Origin: Octopus vulgaris
Taxonomy: Eukaryota
Direction of reading: 5' to 3'
NCBI GenBank assembly: GCA_951406725.2
Contig: OX597820.1
Span: forward strand, 111,910,001 to 111,974,000
DNA length: 64,000 nt
Position 1 is the first letter of the stretch, and every line of letters starts with the position of its first letter. The notes under the pieces were generated by a model. That model made no database searches, was not told where the DNA came from, and was given only the letters and a program-made list of their open reading frames with translations. Position numbers and translations under genes: made by a program. This document shows positions 38,841 to 52,666 of this stretch, one piece after another.

Positions 38841-40600
38841 CATCATCATCATTTAATGTCCGCCTTCCATGCTAGCATGGGTTGGATGATTTGACTGAGG
38901 ACTGGTGAACCAGATGGCTGCACCAGGCTCCGATCTGATAGAGTTTCTACAGCTGGATGCCCTTCTTAATGCCAACCACTCAGATGTTTTTCACGTGCCA
39001 CCGGCACAAGTGCAAGTAGGGCAATGCAGGTACTGATCATGCTCGACTGGTGCTTTTTATGTGCCAATGGCACAGAAGCCGGTCAGCTGCTCTGGCAACG
39101 ATCTCGCTCGGATGGTGTTCTTAGCGTTCCACTAGCATGGATGCCAGTCATCAAATTTGATTTTGATTTCAAATTCACTAGCCTCAACAGGTCTTCGCAA
39201 ATACAGTTTAGTGTCCAATGAAGGAAAGGTATGCATAAGTGGGCTGATTACACCCTTGGCATAGGCCACGGGTTATGGTCTCACTTGGCTTGCCGGGTAT
39301 TGTCAAGCACAGCATATTTCCAAAGATCTCAGTTACTAGTCTTTGCCTCGGTGAGACCTAATGTTCAAAGGTTGTGCTTCACCAACTCACACAGCTATCC
39401 TCATCCATTCTCAGCACATAACCATACCAGCACAGTCATCTCTCTTGCACACCACATCTGATGCTTCTTAGGTCCAACTTTTCTCTCTAGGTTTTTCTCT
39501 CAATGTCAGTGTGCAAACTGACATTACACATCCATCAGAGCTTACTGGCTTCATTCCTTACGAGCTTACGCATGTTGCAGCCCATGTTTCGCTGCCATGT
39601 AGCATGGCTGTTCGTACACATGTTTCATACAGTCTGCCTTTTACTCTGAGCGAGAGGCCCCTTGTCATCAGGATATTCTTATTCTAGCAATTACACTTTC
39701 AGCGCACCCTCCTTTGCTACTGACTTGGTCACCTAGATAACGGAAGCTATCAACTACTTCTAGTTTTTCTCCCTGGAATGTGGTGGAAGTTGTTCTCTGC
39801 ACATTTTCAGTGTTTATTGCTCCTGAGCATCTGCCACATACAAAAACTATCTTCCCAGCTAGCCTTCTTTTGATATTGCTGCACCTCTTATGGGTCCATA
39901 GCTTACACTAGGTACATCTTATAGAGTTTTTACCTATGCCTTTTCTACAGATTGAGCAGGGCCATCTACCTGAAGGGATTAGTGGTTTGTCTGCCTTCCT
40001 ACTTATTAGGACTTCGGTTTTAGCCACGCCTGAACCTTCTCCTCTAGTTGTGATAGTGACTCAGCAATTAGAGCAATGTCATCAGCATAGAGGAGCTCCC
40101 AGGGGTATCCTATCTTGAATTCCTCTGTTATTGCCCGGAGGACTATGATAAATAGGAGGGGCTGAGGACTGAACCTTGGTGGACTACTATCTCTACCCGG
40201 AATTCTTCACTGTACTCGTTGCCAACCCTCACCTGACAGCGTCCCTGTACATGACTTGCACAGCTCTCACTAACCATTCATCTATCCCTAGTTTCCTCAT
40301 TGACCAACAGATAAGGGATTGGGGGACCCTGTCAAAGGCTTTCTCCATGTCAATGAAAGCCAGGTACAGGGGCTTATCTTTGGCTAGGTATTTCTCCTGC
40401 AGCTGTCTTACCAGAAATATAGCATCAGTGGTGCTTTTCCCTGGCACAAACCCAAACTGCATCACATCTAAACTGACTCTCTCCTTAATTAGTTGGGCTA
40501 TGACCCTCTCTGTGACCTTCATTACCTGATCCAACAACTTGATACCTCTGTAATTATTTGTATCAAAAGCATCACCTTTACGTTTATAGCAGTTGACGTA
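38840..40600 (-). mobile_element. RTE LINE fragment with 3' tail, rearranged
   Basis: NYRGIKLLDQVMKV...KAFDRVP (40229-40600), PHD remnant (39830-39970), C-terminus and (CAT)n tail at 38840. Confidence 0.85.
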
Positions 40601-40619
40601 TAACTCCTTCGTGTAATGC

Positions 40620-42560
40620 GAACAAAACATGGAATCAAAGGGCCTTAAAGTTAACCTAGCAAAGACCCAAGTTGTTAGTAAGAAAAAAGATAAAACTTTC
40701 TTGCCATCAGGTAAATGGCCTTGCTCAATATGTAGGAAAGGAGTTGGAAGAAATTCCATTTGCTGTACCCAGTGTAAACTATGGACACATAAAAGGTGCA
40801 GTGGAATCACAAGTAGATTAACAAATAAAGTCATCTTTGTATGTGGTAGATGTGCAGGAACAATAAGCACTAAGAGTACACAGGACTTAGATTCTCTCAA
40901 ATGCTAAGGAGCCTCCCTTGAGGCTGTAGATAGTTTCTGTTACTAAGTTGACCAAATTAGCAATAGTGGAGGATGCACTGAAAATATTGTTTCTACAATA
41001 AGATTAGGGTGGGGGAAGTTCAGAGAGCTATTACCTCTGTTGGCAACAAAAGGACTCTCTGCCAGAGTGAAAGGTAGACTGTATGATGTTTGTGTGCAAA
41101 CAGCTATACTCCATGGTAGTGTGACATGGGCTCTGAATATAAAAGACATGCGTAGACTGGAGAGAAATGAAGGCAGTATGCTCCATTGGATGTGCAACAT
41201 TAGTGTGCAAATATATTGAGAGAAAAGTTGGGCATAAGAGGAATCATATGTAGCATGCAAGAGAGAAGACTAAGTTGGTTTGGACATGTGATGCATATGA
41301 ATGAGGACAGTTGCATAAAGAAGTGCCAATCACTGGTACCCACAGATGAGTGAGACCCAAGAAGACACGAGATGAAGTGGTAAGGATCAATCTCAGAATG
41401 TTGGGCCTCTCAGAGGAAATGACAATGGACTGAGATGTCTGGCGATATGAGGTTCTCAGAAGACCTGCCCACCTCAGCAAAACTGAGTTCTAGAAGCACT
41501 GTGTTGCACCCACACATAAAAGGAAACTTCTCACACCCTACCACAACAAACCAAACTACATCTCTTCCTTTCCTCACATTTCCACTTCATGTACTATGCT
41601 TACCTCCCACTCCCCAATCCTGTCCTCTTGGCTTTGTCTCACTGCATCATTGCAATCCGCTAGCCCAACTGACCAGTGTGCTCCACCCACATGTAGCTAG
41701 AAAACTTTTCACACATCTTACTCCAACCAATCTACATCTCTTCTCTTCCTCACATTTCTTCCTTCATGCACTCTGCCTACCTCTCACTCCCCAATCCTGT
41801 CCTCACGGCCCTGTTTCTCTGTATCACTGTTATCTGGTCACCCCCCTCCTCCCACCAGTCTATTTACCCAGGCTTTTGTCACTCCTTTCCCCTCCCCATT
41901 CTCTAACCATGCATTTTTGGCACTATCCTGTCACTTATATTATGGCTTTCAAACCTCAAGGGTAGCCCTGGCACTTGCCACCATCTTTATCCTGCTGTCT
42001 CCTACTCTCTCTCTCTTTCGCCTGCAGGTGAGGTTACCCCTCACGTTAGGTAACCATGTACCTCCCTTGCAGCAACACACCTGTTTTTGTCCTCATTCCT
42101 GATCTCTCTCTCTCTCTCTCATTCCCCAACTGGGTAACCTTGTACCTCCTCTGCAGCAAAAAACCTGTTTCTGTCTCTATCACATTATAACCTTTCATCA
42201 TCTGACACAAGATCTCTTCCAATGCCTCCTCTCCTCTCGAAAGATTTTCTCTTGCAAGTTACTTGGTGACCTTGTCAATACAGGTGCCACTTGAAAAGCA
42301 TCAAGTTCTCACTGCAAAGTGGTTCCTGTTTGGAAAGGTATCCAGCTGTAAAAACCTTGCCAAACTGACCTCACCTGTGCTTGTGCCACGTCAAAAGCAC
42401 TATGTCCACTCTGCTGTGTGGTTGGTGATAGGAAGGGCATCCAGCTGTAAAAATCCTGCTAAAACAGTCACAGAAGTCTGGTGTAGGCTTCTGTTTGGCC
42501 AGTTCCTGTCAAACCGTCCCAGCCATGCCAGCATGGAAGGTAGACGTTAAATGATGATCA
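40620..42560 (+). mobile_element. RTE LINE 3' portion, back-to-back with the previous copy
   Basis: ESKGLKVNLAKT..WPCSICRKGVGRNSICCTQCKLWTHKRC..CGRC, C-terminus, CT-rich 3' UTR and a gacgttaaatgatgat end. Confidence 0.85.
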
Positions 42561-44993
42561 GATATGTATATATATATATGTGTGTGTATATATATATATA
42601 CTGTTTGGAGAGTAGTTGCCATTTCCCCTTCCATGTTGGCTATCTCTGACGAATGTATATTAAATAACTGGTTTGTTGCCTAACACTCCATAGTATAATT
42701 TCAAGCAAAACCGAATGGTAAGATCAGCTGTGATGGATAATTAACACTATAAAATTCAGACAATATATATATAAATTTACTTTCTAATTTTAGTACAAGG
42801 CCAGCAATTTTTTAGAGGAGGGTAAATTTGATTAGATCAACCCTAGTACCCAACTGGTACTTATTTTAGTGTTCACTAAAGGATGAATGGCAACGTTAAT
42901 CTCAGCAGCATTTGCATTAGCTACTAAGTATTTTGTACAAGCTAACAATTCTTCCAGCTTATAGTCATGCAGTTTTGTGTGTTTGTGTGCGTATATGGTT
43001 AAGAGACTTGGTTCCCAACCATGTAGTCCTGGGTTCAGCTCCACAGTACTGTACCTTGGACAAATGTGTTCTACTACAGCCCAGGCCAACCATAAACTTT
43101 GTGAGAGTATTTTAGTAGATGGAAACTGAAAGCTCATGTTTGTGCGTGTCCGTGTTTCTCACCTTCTGTGAAAACATGTCTAGCTCTGGGAAATATTTTG
43201 CTTGGCAACAGAAAGAGTTGGTTATAGAAAATCTGTCTCATCAAATTCCGCCTGACCCATGCAACTTTAGAAAAGTAGACGTTAAATGATGATGACGTAT
43301 ATGATTAGAAGCAGCTGATGAAGAGCAGGGTTACTGAAACATCAAATGTCCCACAAGATATCTTGTGAATATTTTAAGTATTCCTGATGTGGTGGAGTAC
43401 AGGTCCGTTCTTGCCACCTGTTTAATTCACACAGTCATAGCAGCGATTACCTGTTGCATCGCGACCACTTACAGTGACGAAATATCTCGCTTCGATGAAC
43501 TAAACTTGTACTACCAAAGGTTCATGTGTGTCGTGAGCTACGACTACACATTTTTCATAGCACTATTTAGTGTAGTTAAGCCGTTATATATATATATATA
43601 AATAAAAGTAGTTGTTGAGAACTTAAGACTGAAATGCTATAAAGCAGCCTCATATTTATTTCTTATATTTAATCTTTTTTTTACATATTAAACACAAGTG
43701 TGTGAGCGCATATATACATGCCACACACACACACGTGTATGCTTTCATGGCGAGTCTTTGCCCAGTCTTCCAATGTGTGTATGAATGTATACTTTCAGGA
43801 GCGTCAAACTAATGCACTTGCTTCTTGTTCATACACCTGTCTTCATCTTTTGTTTTTCTGTAAATTTCAACTATATATATACACATACATGGCGGAGGTA
43901 AAGATCGTGGACCGCACCCCCTTATATAATAAAAAAGTTTAATATTTCGGGTTTACAACTATCCAACACCTACAAACTGCATACTGACTTCGTCTTCAGA
44001 GAACGGTATGACTCTAACGATTACGTCTTTCCCAAGGGCGTCAGCGGAAATTGCGAAATAAAACAACTAGAACCGAAAACCGAAATCGAGTCGCAGATTC
44101 GATCTGCCGAAGCTCTTGAGCAGTTTCCTCTATGCACACACACACAGCTTATGTATCTGTTCTTGATAATTTATATTACTGTCAATGTTGTTGTTCAACC
44201 CTAGTTTAGTTGTATGATCATAAATGTAATTTTGTATGCCAAGGACTATATTATCCGATGTGTCCTGCTTTTTTAACACTACAGTGTGATTTTACGACAA
44301 TTTTAACTACGATTTCTAGCAGGTTGAAGTACCAACCGTATAAAAACTCCTTCGCTGGTCGACATTATTTAGTACCAGGCTAGCTTTGATAAAACCAACC
44401 TATAATCAAACGCTTTTCTAGCCATATTAACGTTTTTCTTCAGGAATAATGCACTCCTGACACTATTCAATGTGCTATTTTTTATTTTTGTGAACTGTAA
44501 AATGTGATTTGGCTACTAATTCTGGAAGGTCTAGTAACCAGATAGATGATTCTTGATGGACTCGAGTTAGTCACTGAACATAATGTTGGTGTTAACTATA
44601 TAATTTTATACTGAATGCTAACGAGTACTATTTTTCCCTTCCTATTGCTGCACATGTCCGAATATTTAAAGAACGATGTGTAATACACTATGTATGTAAA
44701 TAGGTCTCTATTGCATCACACACCCATTATGATATTCAAAAGAGACAGATTTGTAGCTAATTATACGTCCATTACAAGTGGATATTTACGTGTTAACATT
44801 AATATACACTGGGCTGTGTGCGTATGTGTCTATCTATCTATCTATGTGTGTATTAGTACTATTGTGACCGTGTGTGTATGCTTATATAGTGGTGTTGATA
44901 TTGTTTAGACAAACTTGAAATGTGTTGTATTTTATATATTACACACAAACCATGTTACACACACATACGCATCTAAGTTTGTATATATATATA

Positions 44994-45081
<88 letters not shown>

Positions 45082-45620
45082 CAACAATATAAAAAAATTA
45101 AAAGGTAGATGCTTCACACAGCAAAAACAGGCACGGTTAAAATGTTGGCAGGTACTTGGGAGATTGAAATGAATACACACACATACCGACAGATTGACTC
45201 AATATAATTGTCAATCGATAGTTCTAGAAATGCAAATGAAGAAGACTAAAGTGAATTCCATGCGGTCACAGGAAGAGAAAAAGAGTAGTTCCCATGCCTC
45301 GGTCACCCAAATCGAGATAATGTCAAACAACAAAAGAAGGAAAGGCCAGGAAGTTTAAACGATTACGAACATAAAATACACGCGCTCATAGCTACTTGTT
45401 GAAAGAGGAGATCTCACAAGAATGGAGAGGATTATATTTTATACATACATGTATACACACACACAGGCTGGTTTATCTGGTTGACATCGCTTTGTCTCGA
45501 CATAATTCGACTAAAAAGTATTTGTTCCCTGGGGTGGTAGCGGAAATGAATAAGTATTATTGTTGCTAGATATGCGACTCAAGAAAATCCACAGACATTG
45601 GAGAATCAACAGGGATGATG

Positions 45621-45651
<31 letters not shown>

Positions 45652-46399
45652 TAAATAATAGCATACGTACGTGTGTTAATGATCGGTTATTTATCCTGGA
45701 GATGTAAAAAGAAAGAGATAGAGTAAAATAAACTCACCAGACATTTGCTCTTGTCGGGTGATCTTATTTAGTATGACTCTCAAGTTTATAATTATATTAT
45801 AATTACTACTATTACTATAAATATGGCTATTTACACCAGTAATAGTATAATTATTTCCAATCCAAGTTTAAGTAAAATTCCACAAAGTCTCTGTATAATG
45901 ACAACGTTGACAGTTAAACATAAATGAACGAAGCAACATAAAGCGGGATTCGAACAGTTTAAACAATACTATCTCGTTTAAGCTTTTTGCTTCCTCGGAT
46001 TCCTTCGTTTTGTCGTTTTAATCTGCTTTCAAAAAACTTGAGAACTTTTTAGGAACATGTTTTTTAGGAACATAAAAACAGTATCAGATATGTATAACCA
46101 TAACATTCATAAATGGTTTCACGAAGCACCTAGCGAAGATCCGGGTTTGACCAACGATTTGAAGAGAGCCAGGGGCAGGTAACTCTGGTACACTAAAACC
46201 TGCAAGTACTAGAGGCACATACTTCCTCACTAAAACAGGCGCACAGAGGGAGGGAGGATTGTTGGCCTCTATGAGAGAGAAAGAGGTGGGAGGGGAGACA
46301 GGCTGTGGGGACAGAAACGTGGAGGCGGACAAATTGTCATGTTTTATAAAATTAGGATTTTTTTTATTAGTCATAATTCTGAGAAATCAATGGCCCGTA

Positions 46400-46735
46400 G
46401 AAAAATGCATCAAAACGTATAGAAAGAGGCAAAGTTGTGAAGGTGGAGAGGGAAGTGTTGCCTTGTAGCAAGTTTGTTGAAAGGTGGGTGAATGTTGAAA
46501 GAATGGCCAGTGTGAAAGGACCAATTCTGAGCATACACCTGTGAAGAAATAAAAGGGCCTTTGCCCTGTTGATCAGACACCCGTGACTTTTGTGGGGGGT
46601 TTTCCACGAGGAACCTTAAAGCGCCCCTTCCACCTATTGGGGGATTTTATTATTGAATTATTATTGTTTTTTATTGTTTACACGCGTTAAAACCTTTTGT
46701 ATCATCTTTTTGCGTGAGAAGTTGCTAATAAAAAC
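46400..46735 (+). mobile_element. Tx1/L1-clade LINE 3' end fragment
   Basis: KVEREVLPCSKFVERWVNVERMASVKGPILSIHL* and a 3' UTR similar to the reverse of 57420-57720. Confidence 0.7.
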
Positions 46736-46849
46736 GTCAACACTTTGTAGAACGACCGTGCGAAAAGGAGATGGTGACGAATGAATGACTCCTTTAAACA
46801 CCGCACGGTTGCCTTACAATAAAAGCCAAAATATGGATAAATGAATTCA

Positions 46850-47772
46850 AGTGCTAGAAAGGAATAAGGAGAAGACGACACAACCGTAGTATGTTTAAGA
46901 GAAAGGCTTTATTCAGGTGTTGACATGTGGGTAGCAGAGTGTGTCTGTGTGTTCGTGAGTGCGACATAAGTACATACATAATAAGAATAACAGACAGGCC
47001 GTCAAGCATACAATAATGTGTATGTGTGTACAAACAAGGGTGTATGCGTGTGAGATAAAATACAGAGCATGGAGAGAGTCTATAACAGGATGCTAGAGGT
47101 TCAGACACAAGATGAAGATAATACCAGTTCATAGTAAGATACACAATAGTTGGAATTCTGTACAAGAGGTTGAGGTCACAAGGCAGAAACAGTTACTACG
47201 CGTGTAGAGGTTGTGGCTTCTATACTGTGCCGGGTTACTTGGTATAGAAGGTTCTCGCAGGTAGACTTGCTGTTAACCATGGTGAAATATTCACAAACAG
47301 CATGAAGTTAAACCTAAGCGAGTTGCTGTGTATGTATTGATGTCGGTGGTGTCGTTAAGCTGAAGGCTACGGTGGTGGAGGCGACGTTAAGGTGAAAGCG
47401 ATGTTAAGATGAAGGAGACTGTGGTGAAGGTCCGGAATACTGCTAGTGGTGTTGTCATGTCGCTGGAATTGGCTGACTGTCGCTGGAACATGGCTGTGTC
47501 GCTGGGTGCTCTGTGGTCAGAGGTTAATCCTTAGAAGGACTAGAACCAAAGACGCGCGATTGGATGAATCGCTGTGTTTTATAGCAAATTGTAGGCTCCA
47601 GAAGATAATTTAGAAGACTGTGTCACAGGACTTTATCAGAAGGCTGCGATTGGTTGGGTCGCACATTGGCGCGAAATAAAGAGACAAACTGCACCAAAAC
47701 CAACCAATCAGAGTAGTGGACACAACAGGGCCCAAGCACCCGAAAGGTTAACTGTTATCTGCTACGTCCGCA
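46850..47772 (-). other. CpG-rich non-coding unit with promoter motifs and a poly(A) signal (possible solo LTR)
   Basis: Minus strand: TG start at 47772, CCAAT boxes (47669-65, 47653-49), E2F-like TTTCGCGCCAA (47676-47666), CTATAAAA (47584-77), AATAAA (46913-08). No TSD found. Confidence 0.4.
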
Positions 47773-48333
47773 TATGTGTTATATATATCAGAGAGAGAGA
47801 GAGGATTGAATTTCACTAAGTGGTACGCTACAACTTTAATAATTGGACAGAATCATTAATCCAATAACTATGAAATACCTCTGTGCAATAAAAGACAATA
47901 ACACTCATCCTGTGTGAACAGCTTCATGTTCAAGATTTTATTCCGACGTGTGAGAAGTGAACGCGTACAGTGAGTATACAATGTTCAATAAAGATTTCTG
48001 GGAAGAAGAAAGGTTTTGAGCAACTTGTCATATTCCCTGATGACTTTGAGTATACAGAAATAAACCAAGCTACGAAAATTACTTTCCACAGGCACTAGAC
48101 GGTAGACCTTGTCGTGTCTGATGTGAAAAGAAAAATGGTGAACACATACCGACACACAGTACAATTTTTTTTAGCAATTTCAAGTTTCATTTTGTATATA
48201 TATGCGATCTGTATGTGTGTGTGTGCGAATCCACAACAACAACAACAACAACAACAATAATAATAATATTAATAACAATAATAATAATAATAATGGTAAT
48301 AATAGTAATAATAATACTAACAATAATAATAAT

Positions 48334-48399
<66 letters not shown>

Positions 48400-51300
48400 T
48401 ATAAATTCTGGTTTTATTGGCCACAAGGGCTAATATGAATCAAAAACATAAAAGGACAAACACAGGACGATAAAAACAAAGGGTTTTGCGAAAAGTTTGA
48501 AAGGTTACTCGTGGGAAAACCCATAAAAGCCACGGGAGCCTGGTCAAACTTGGAGACCCTTCTTTTATATTTCTTTTTTTGTTTTACAGGTGTAACTTCA
48601 GAATTGGTCCGTTCATACTGGCCATTTTACCGACATTCACCCACGAGAAAGCACTTCCCTCTCTACACTCACCTTCCTTTTCAATTGGAACTTGAAAAAG
48701 TTGATGAGGCCTTGCTCATATCACCTCTTTCGCTACAGTCACCAGACAAATGGAAATTGCCTTGCCCTCCCAGTTAAAGGTCAGCGGTGCAATCTTCTCT
48801 ATGGATTGAGATGATAGCCGGATCCGTCCTAACCCACAGGTCAGCAATACTCGGGCACTGGACGAGCGCGTGCAGAACGGTTTCATCGCCCTGGGCGCAC
48901 CTCGGGCAGGTTCAGTTGATTGCACTTCCGTGCCTGTAAAGTTTATGCCGAACAGGAAGCGCCCCTCGGTAGCACTGCCAGGCGAGGGGCCTTTGGAAGT
49001 TATCCATAGACCCCGGCCCAAAGTTCTTTCGAATAGACTTCTTAACTGATCATCGTCGACACCTAGAGTTTCCTCGAGGACGTCGTCGCACTTTTCCTCC
49101 ACTAACCCTCTATAGAACGCTAGAGTGGAACTATTACCGATCGCATTGCCCGCCTGGCGGAGGGCGGTGAGAGCTTGACGGCACTCAAGGTGCTAAGCGC
49201 CTTTCTCGGTCTGCGTTTGATCCATGATTGTAGCTAGGTCAAAGAGACGAGCTGCGGAAAGGTACCTGACCTTTCCACAGAAGTCGAAGAGCAAGTGCGC
49301 CAGCTTGGCCAACCAGTGGTCGGAGCAAGGGACGACGGTCAATCGGTAATAGATGACGGATGCGATGTACGCATTCACCACCTCCGCTCGACCTTTCAGG
49401 GACAGCTTCCTCTCGGCCTATTTTTGGGTTAGATTGGCCACCCTGCTCGTCACTTCGTCCCAGTTTTTCTCCACCTGGAGGTCCGGACCAAACCAGACCC
49501 CGAGCAGTTTAACGGGACCGTCTGTGCAGCGTCCTACGACGCTGTTGGACGCCATGGACTCCAGGTGCCCAGTTGCAAGCCTACTGACTTTTCCGCGTTA
49601 ATTTTCGCACCTGTCATCGCTTCGTACTCGTTTAGCGTCTCGCCAATCAGGTCGATGTGCTTGTGGCTCGACACCATCACGGTGACGTCGTCAGCATAGG
49701 CAGACACGCTGATTCCACATCCCAGATCACGCGGGACACCCCTCAAAGCCTCCAATTTCCTCAGTAATGGCTCGAGAGTCAATACGTACAAGAAGGAGGA
49801 CCGAACGCGAGATGTTGAACGGCTCCGAAAGATGACCGTTTATCCGTATGACCGAGCAGATGCCGCTGTATAAAGTAGCGATCCACCTGCAGAAGACCAG
49901 ACCGAAACCGGCTGCCTTCAGAACAGCTGCCAGGTATCGATGGTCGATCCTATAGAAGGTTTTAGACTGAACTAAATTGATCAAAACCCCACCCGCGCCA
50001 GCTTCGTTACCCACCCTCTCTATGATGTAGCACATGAGATGGAGGTTATCGTGGATAGACATGGTCGGCACGGCGCATGTCTGCGCCTTGCCAATCAGCT
50101 TGTCCACGACAAGTGCCAACCTCTTAGCTAGCATCTTGGCCAGAATCTTTCACTCTGCCTTGAGCAGAGTGATGGGCCTAAAGTTCCCTATAACGTCCCC
50201 CTTGTTTGGGTCCTTTCTCGGCAAAGCCACCACCTCTCGACAGACAAAAGCAGGAATTCTTCCGTTTTGTTGCCAGTTGCAGTAGACTTCCGCCAAGAGG
50301 CCCACAAACAAGTCTGGCATTGAAGTGTAAAACTCGTAGGGCAGACCATCCAAACCCGGCGATCTACCTCTCGTTCAGCTTTTCATCGCTTCTTTTACTT
50401 CCCAGGCAGTTATCGGTCTTTCGCAGCGTTCTGCCTCGCTGGCCGAGACTCGCGGCAGGCCGTCCAGGTACATACCGAAGTCTGTCCCGTTGTCTGTCCC
50501 ACCGCTCGTCCCGAACAGTCGAGCAAAGTGCTCTGAAAGACCGCATACATACCTCGCGTCCGCTCTGGTCCACTAAAGACCGAATGGTCGCTCTACTATC
50601 ACGCTTCACCTCTGGTACGCGGGCCATTCGAGAGGCCTTAGTCCCAACCCCGCTTACCGAACGTGCCTTAGCTCTGACAACGCAGCCTTCGTGTTTGGCG
50701 TCGAAGTATTGGTCGAGGGCCAACACGTCAGTTGCGATGCCTGTCCTAAGAGCCTTGTCTAGTTTTCTAACTAAATCCCGTTCTGTTTTCTATCGTTCTA
50801 CAGCTAGAGTCTTACTAAACCTAATCGATTCTGCTCTAATTGCCCTCTTGAGGGCAAACCACCAGGTGTTATTGATGATTGCCTCCGTTAACCCCCGCTT
50901 AACTAATAAACTAATCCGGTCTCTAAGCTTTGCACGCCATTAACGACGCGTTTAGCCTCCAGTAACCGGGACCCTCGACCATACAGATCACGAACTTGTG
51001 GTCTGTGTAGCCGACTACATGGAATTGTGGACACCCTAAGCTGTCCTTATCAGCTGGCCTACGGTACGATCTAGACGACCCGATGCGATTAGTCCAAGTC
51101 CACATTGGCACATTCGGGTTGTCTAGTCGATACCTGTCAGACAGCTAAAAGCGTCTGAGCAGATTAGTGAGGCTCTTGCACCCCCTCTCCTATCAGATGC
51201 TCCCACGCCCATCCGACGAAACGTTCGTCTAAGACAGCGTTCCAATCACCAGCTAGCACTAAAGTGCAAGACGTGCCCAGGAAAACCTCCAGACACTTGA

Positions 51301-52460
51301 AATAATCTGACTGCCCTGCTCCTGTCGGAGCGTAAGCAGCCAGCAGTCTGAAGGCACCACCGTTACTACTGTCCACGTCCAGGACTACCAACTTACCCTC
51401 TGGATCCAGGAAGACTGCCTTTATTTTCAAATTTAGGCCTTTCCGAAATAGCACCGCAGCACCACCACTGCCTGCTCTCGGCCGACATGGAGATAGAAAA
51501 ATCTCGTATTCGCGGGAAAAGGGCTGCTAGTTCCCGCGGGTCAGAGAGCCTGGTTTTGCTAATGGCTGCTACATTCACGCTATAAGACCTCAGGTTGTTT
51601 AAGAGGTGACCCTGTTTCCATTTATGCTACCGATTCTGAGCACGACTATGTTCCAAAAAGATTTATGCAGGAGAAAAAAGTTCTACTTACCGCCGATGTC
51701 TGGTGGGGTGGCTCCCTTGCGCTTTTGTGTGGGTATTTCCACCAGATTTTTATAAAGTTTATTTGTGAAACTTTTTCCAAGCGACCCAACATCGTTCGGA
51801 ATTTTTTTTTATTATTTTCTCGTAGTTTTCATTAGATATTTTAAATGTAAGTATGTGTGCTGATGATGTGTTGTGTGTGGATATGACAAAATCTGATATT
51901 TTCGTGTCTGTATTTTCTTTCAAGTATGTGACTAGGTGTTCATTGTTTGTGTTTATTGCTGTAACATTGGTATTGGTGGTGGTGGTGTCGGTGTGTGTTG
52001 GTGCTTGCAGTGGTAGTGTTGGAGAAGGTGTTGTTGGATGTTGTGAGTGCATATTGTTGCTGTTGTTGTTGAGAAGCTCTAGTTTCTCGCGCCTCCCCAC
52101 TTTGACTTGTCTCTACTTTTCTTTCGTTTCTTTTTCGGTGGTACTGTGTGTCACTCCCCTTTCTCGCTATCAGTGCTCGCACTATCCGAGCTGATTTGGT
52201 CGGGAAAAGGGATGTCCTAAGGGTCCATTATATTGTTTTGTGATGCAGTTTCATCTGTTGTTTTTTGTTGGTGTTTTTGCTGTCGAAAACGGTGTTATTG
52301 TCGTTGTTGGTGGTGATGGTAGTATTGTTTTGCTTGGTGTCATCGTTGTTGGTCTGGTGATGGTTGGAGGTGGTGTCGCTTTTGGTGGTGGTGGTGGCGT
52401 TGGTAGTGCGGAAACTTTCGGTTTTTGTTTCCGCTGAATCTCCTGTTGTTGTTGTTGTTG

Positions 52461-52497
<37 letters not shown>

Positions 52498-52666
52498 ACT
52501 GGAATTGTTTCTGACGACTTCTTTTTCCTCTCCGCCTCCATTCTTTCCTTACAAATGGGGCAATCCATTTTTAAGTGCTTTTCGCAGCTGCAGAGGTAGC
52601 GCTTTGGTCTTTGCCCCTCTACAGCAACGTGTAGCCTTGTGCCGTCCGGCAAATTTATAGAGTCGG

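Noticed and set aside
48180-48438. PolyN/polyL ORFs, and polyQ at 52443-52497 as a host gene
   Set aside because: These are the trinucleotide tail of the Tx1 LINE and a repeat within its degraded ORF1.
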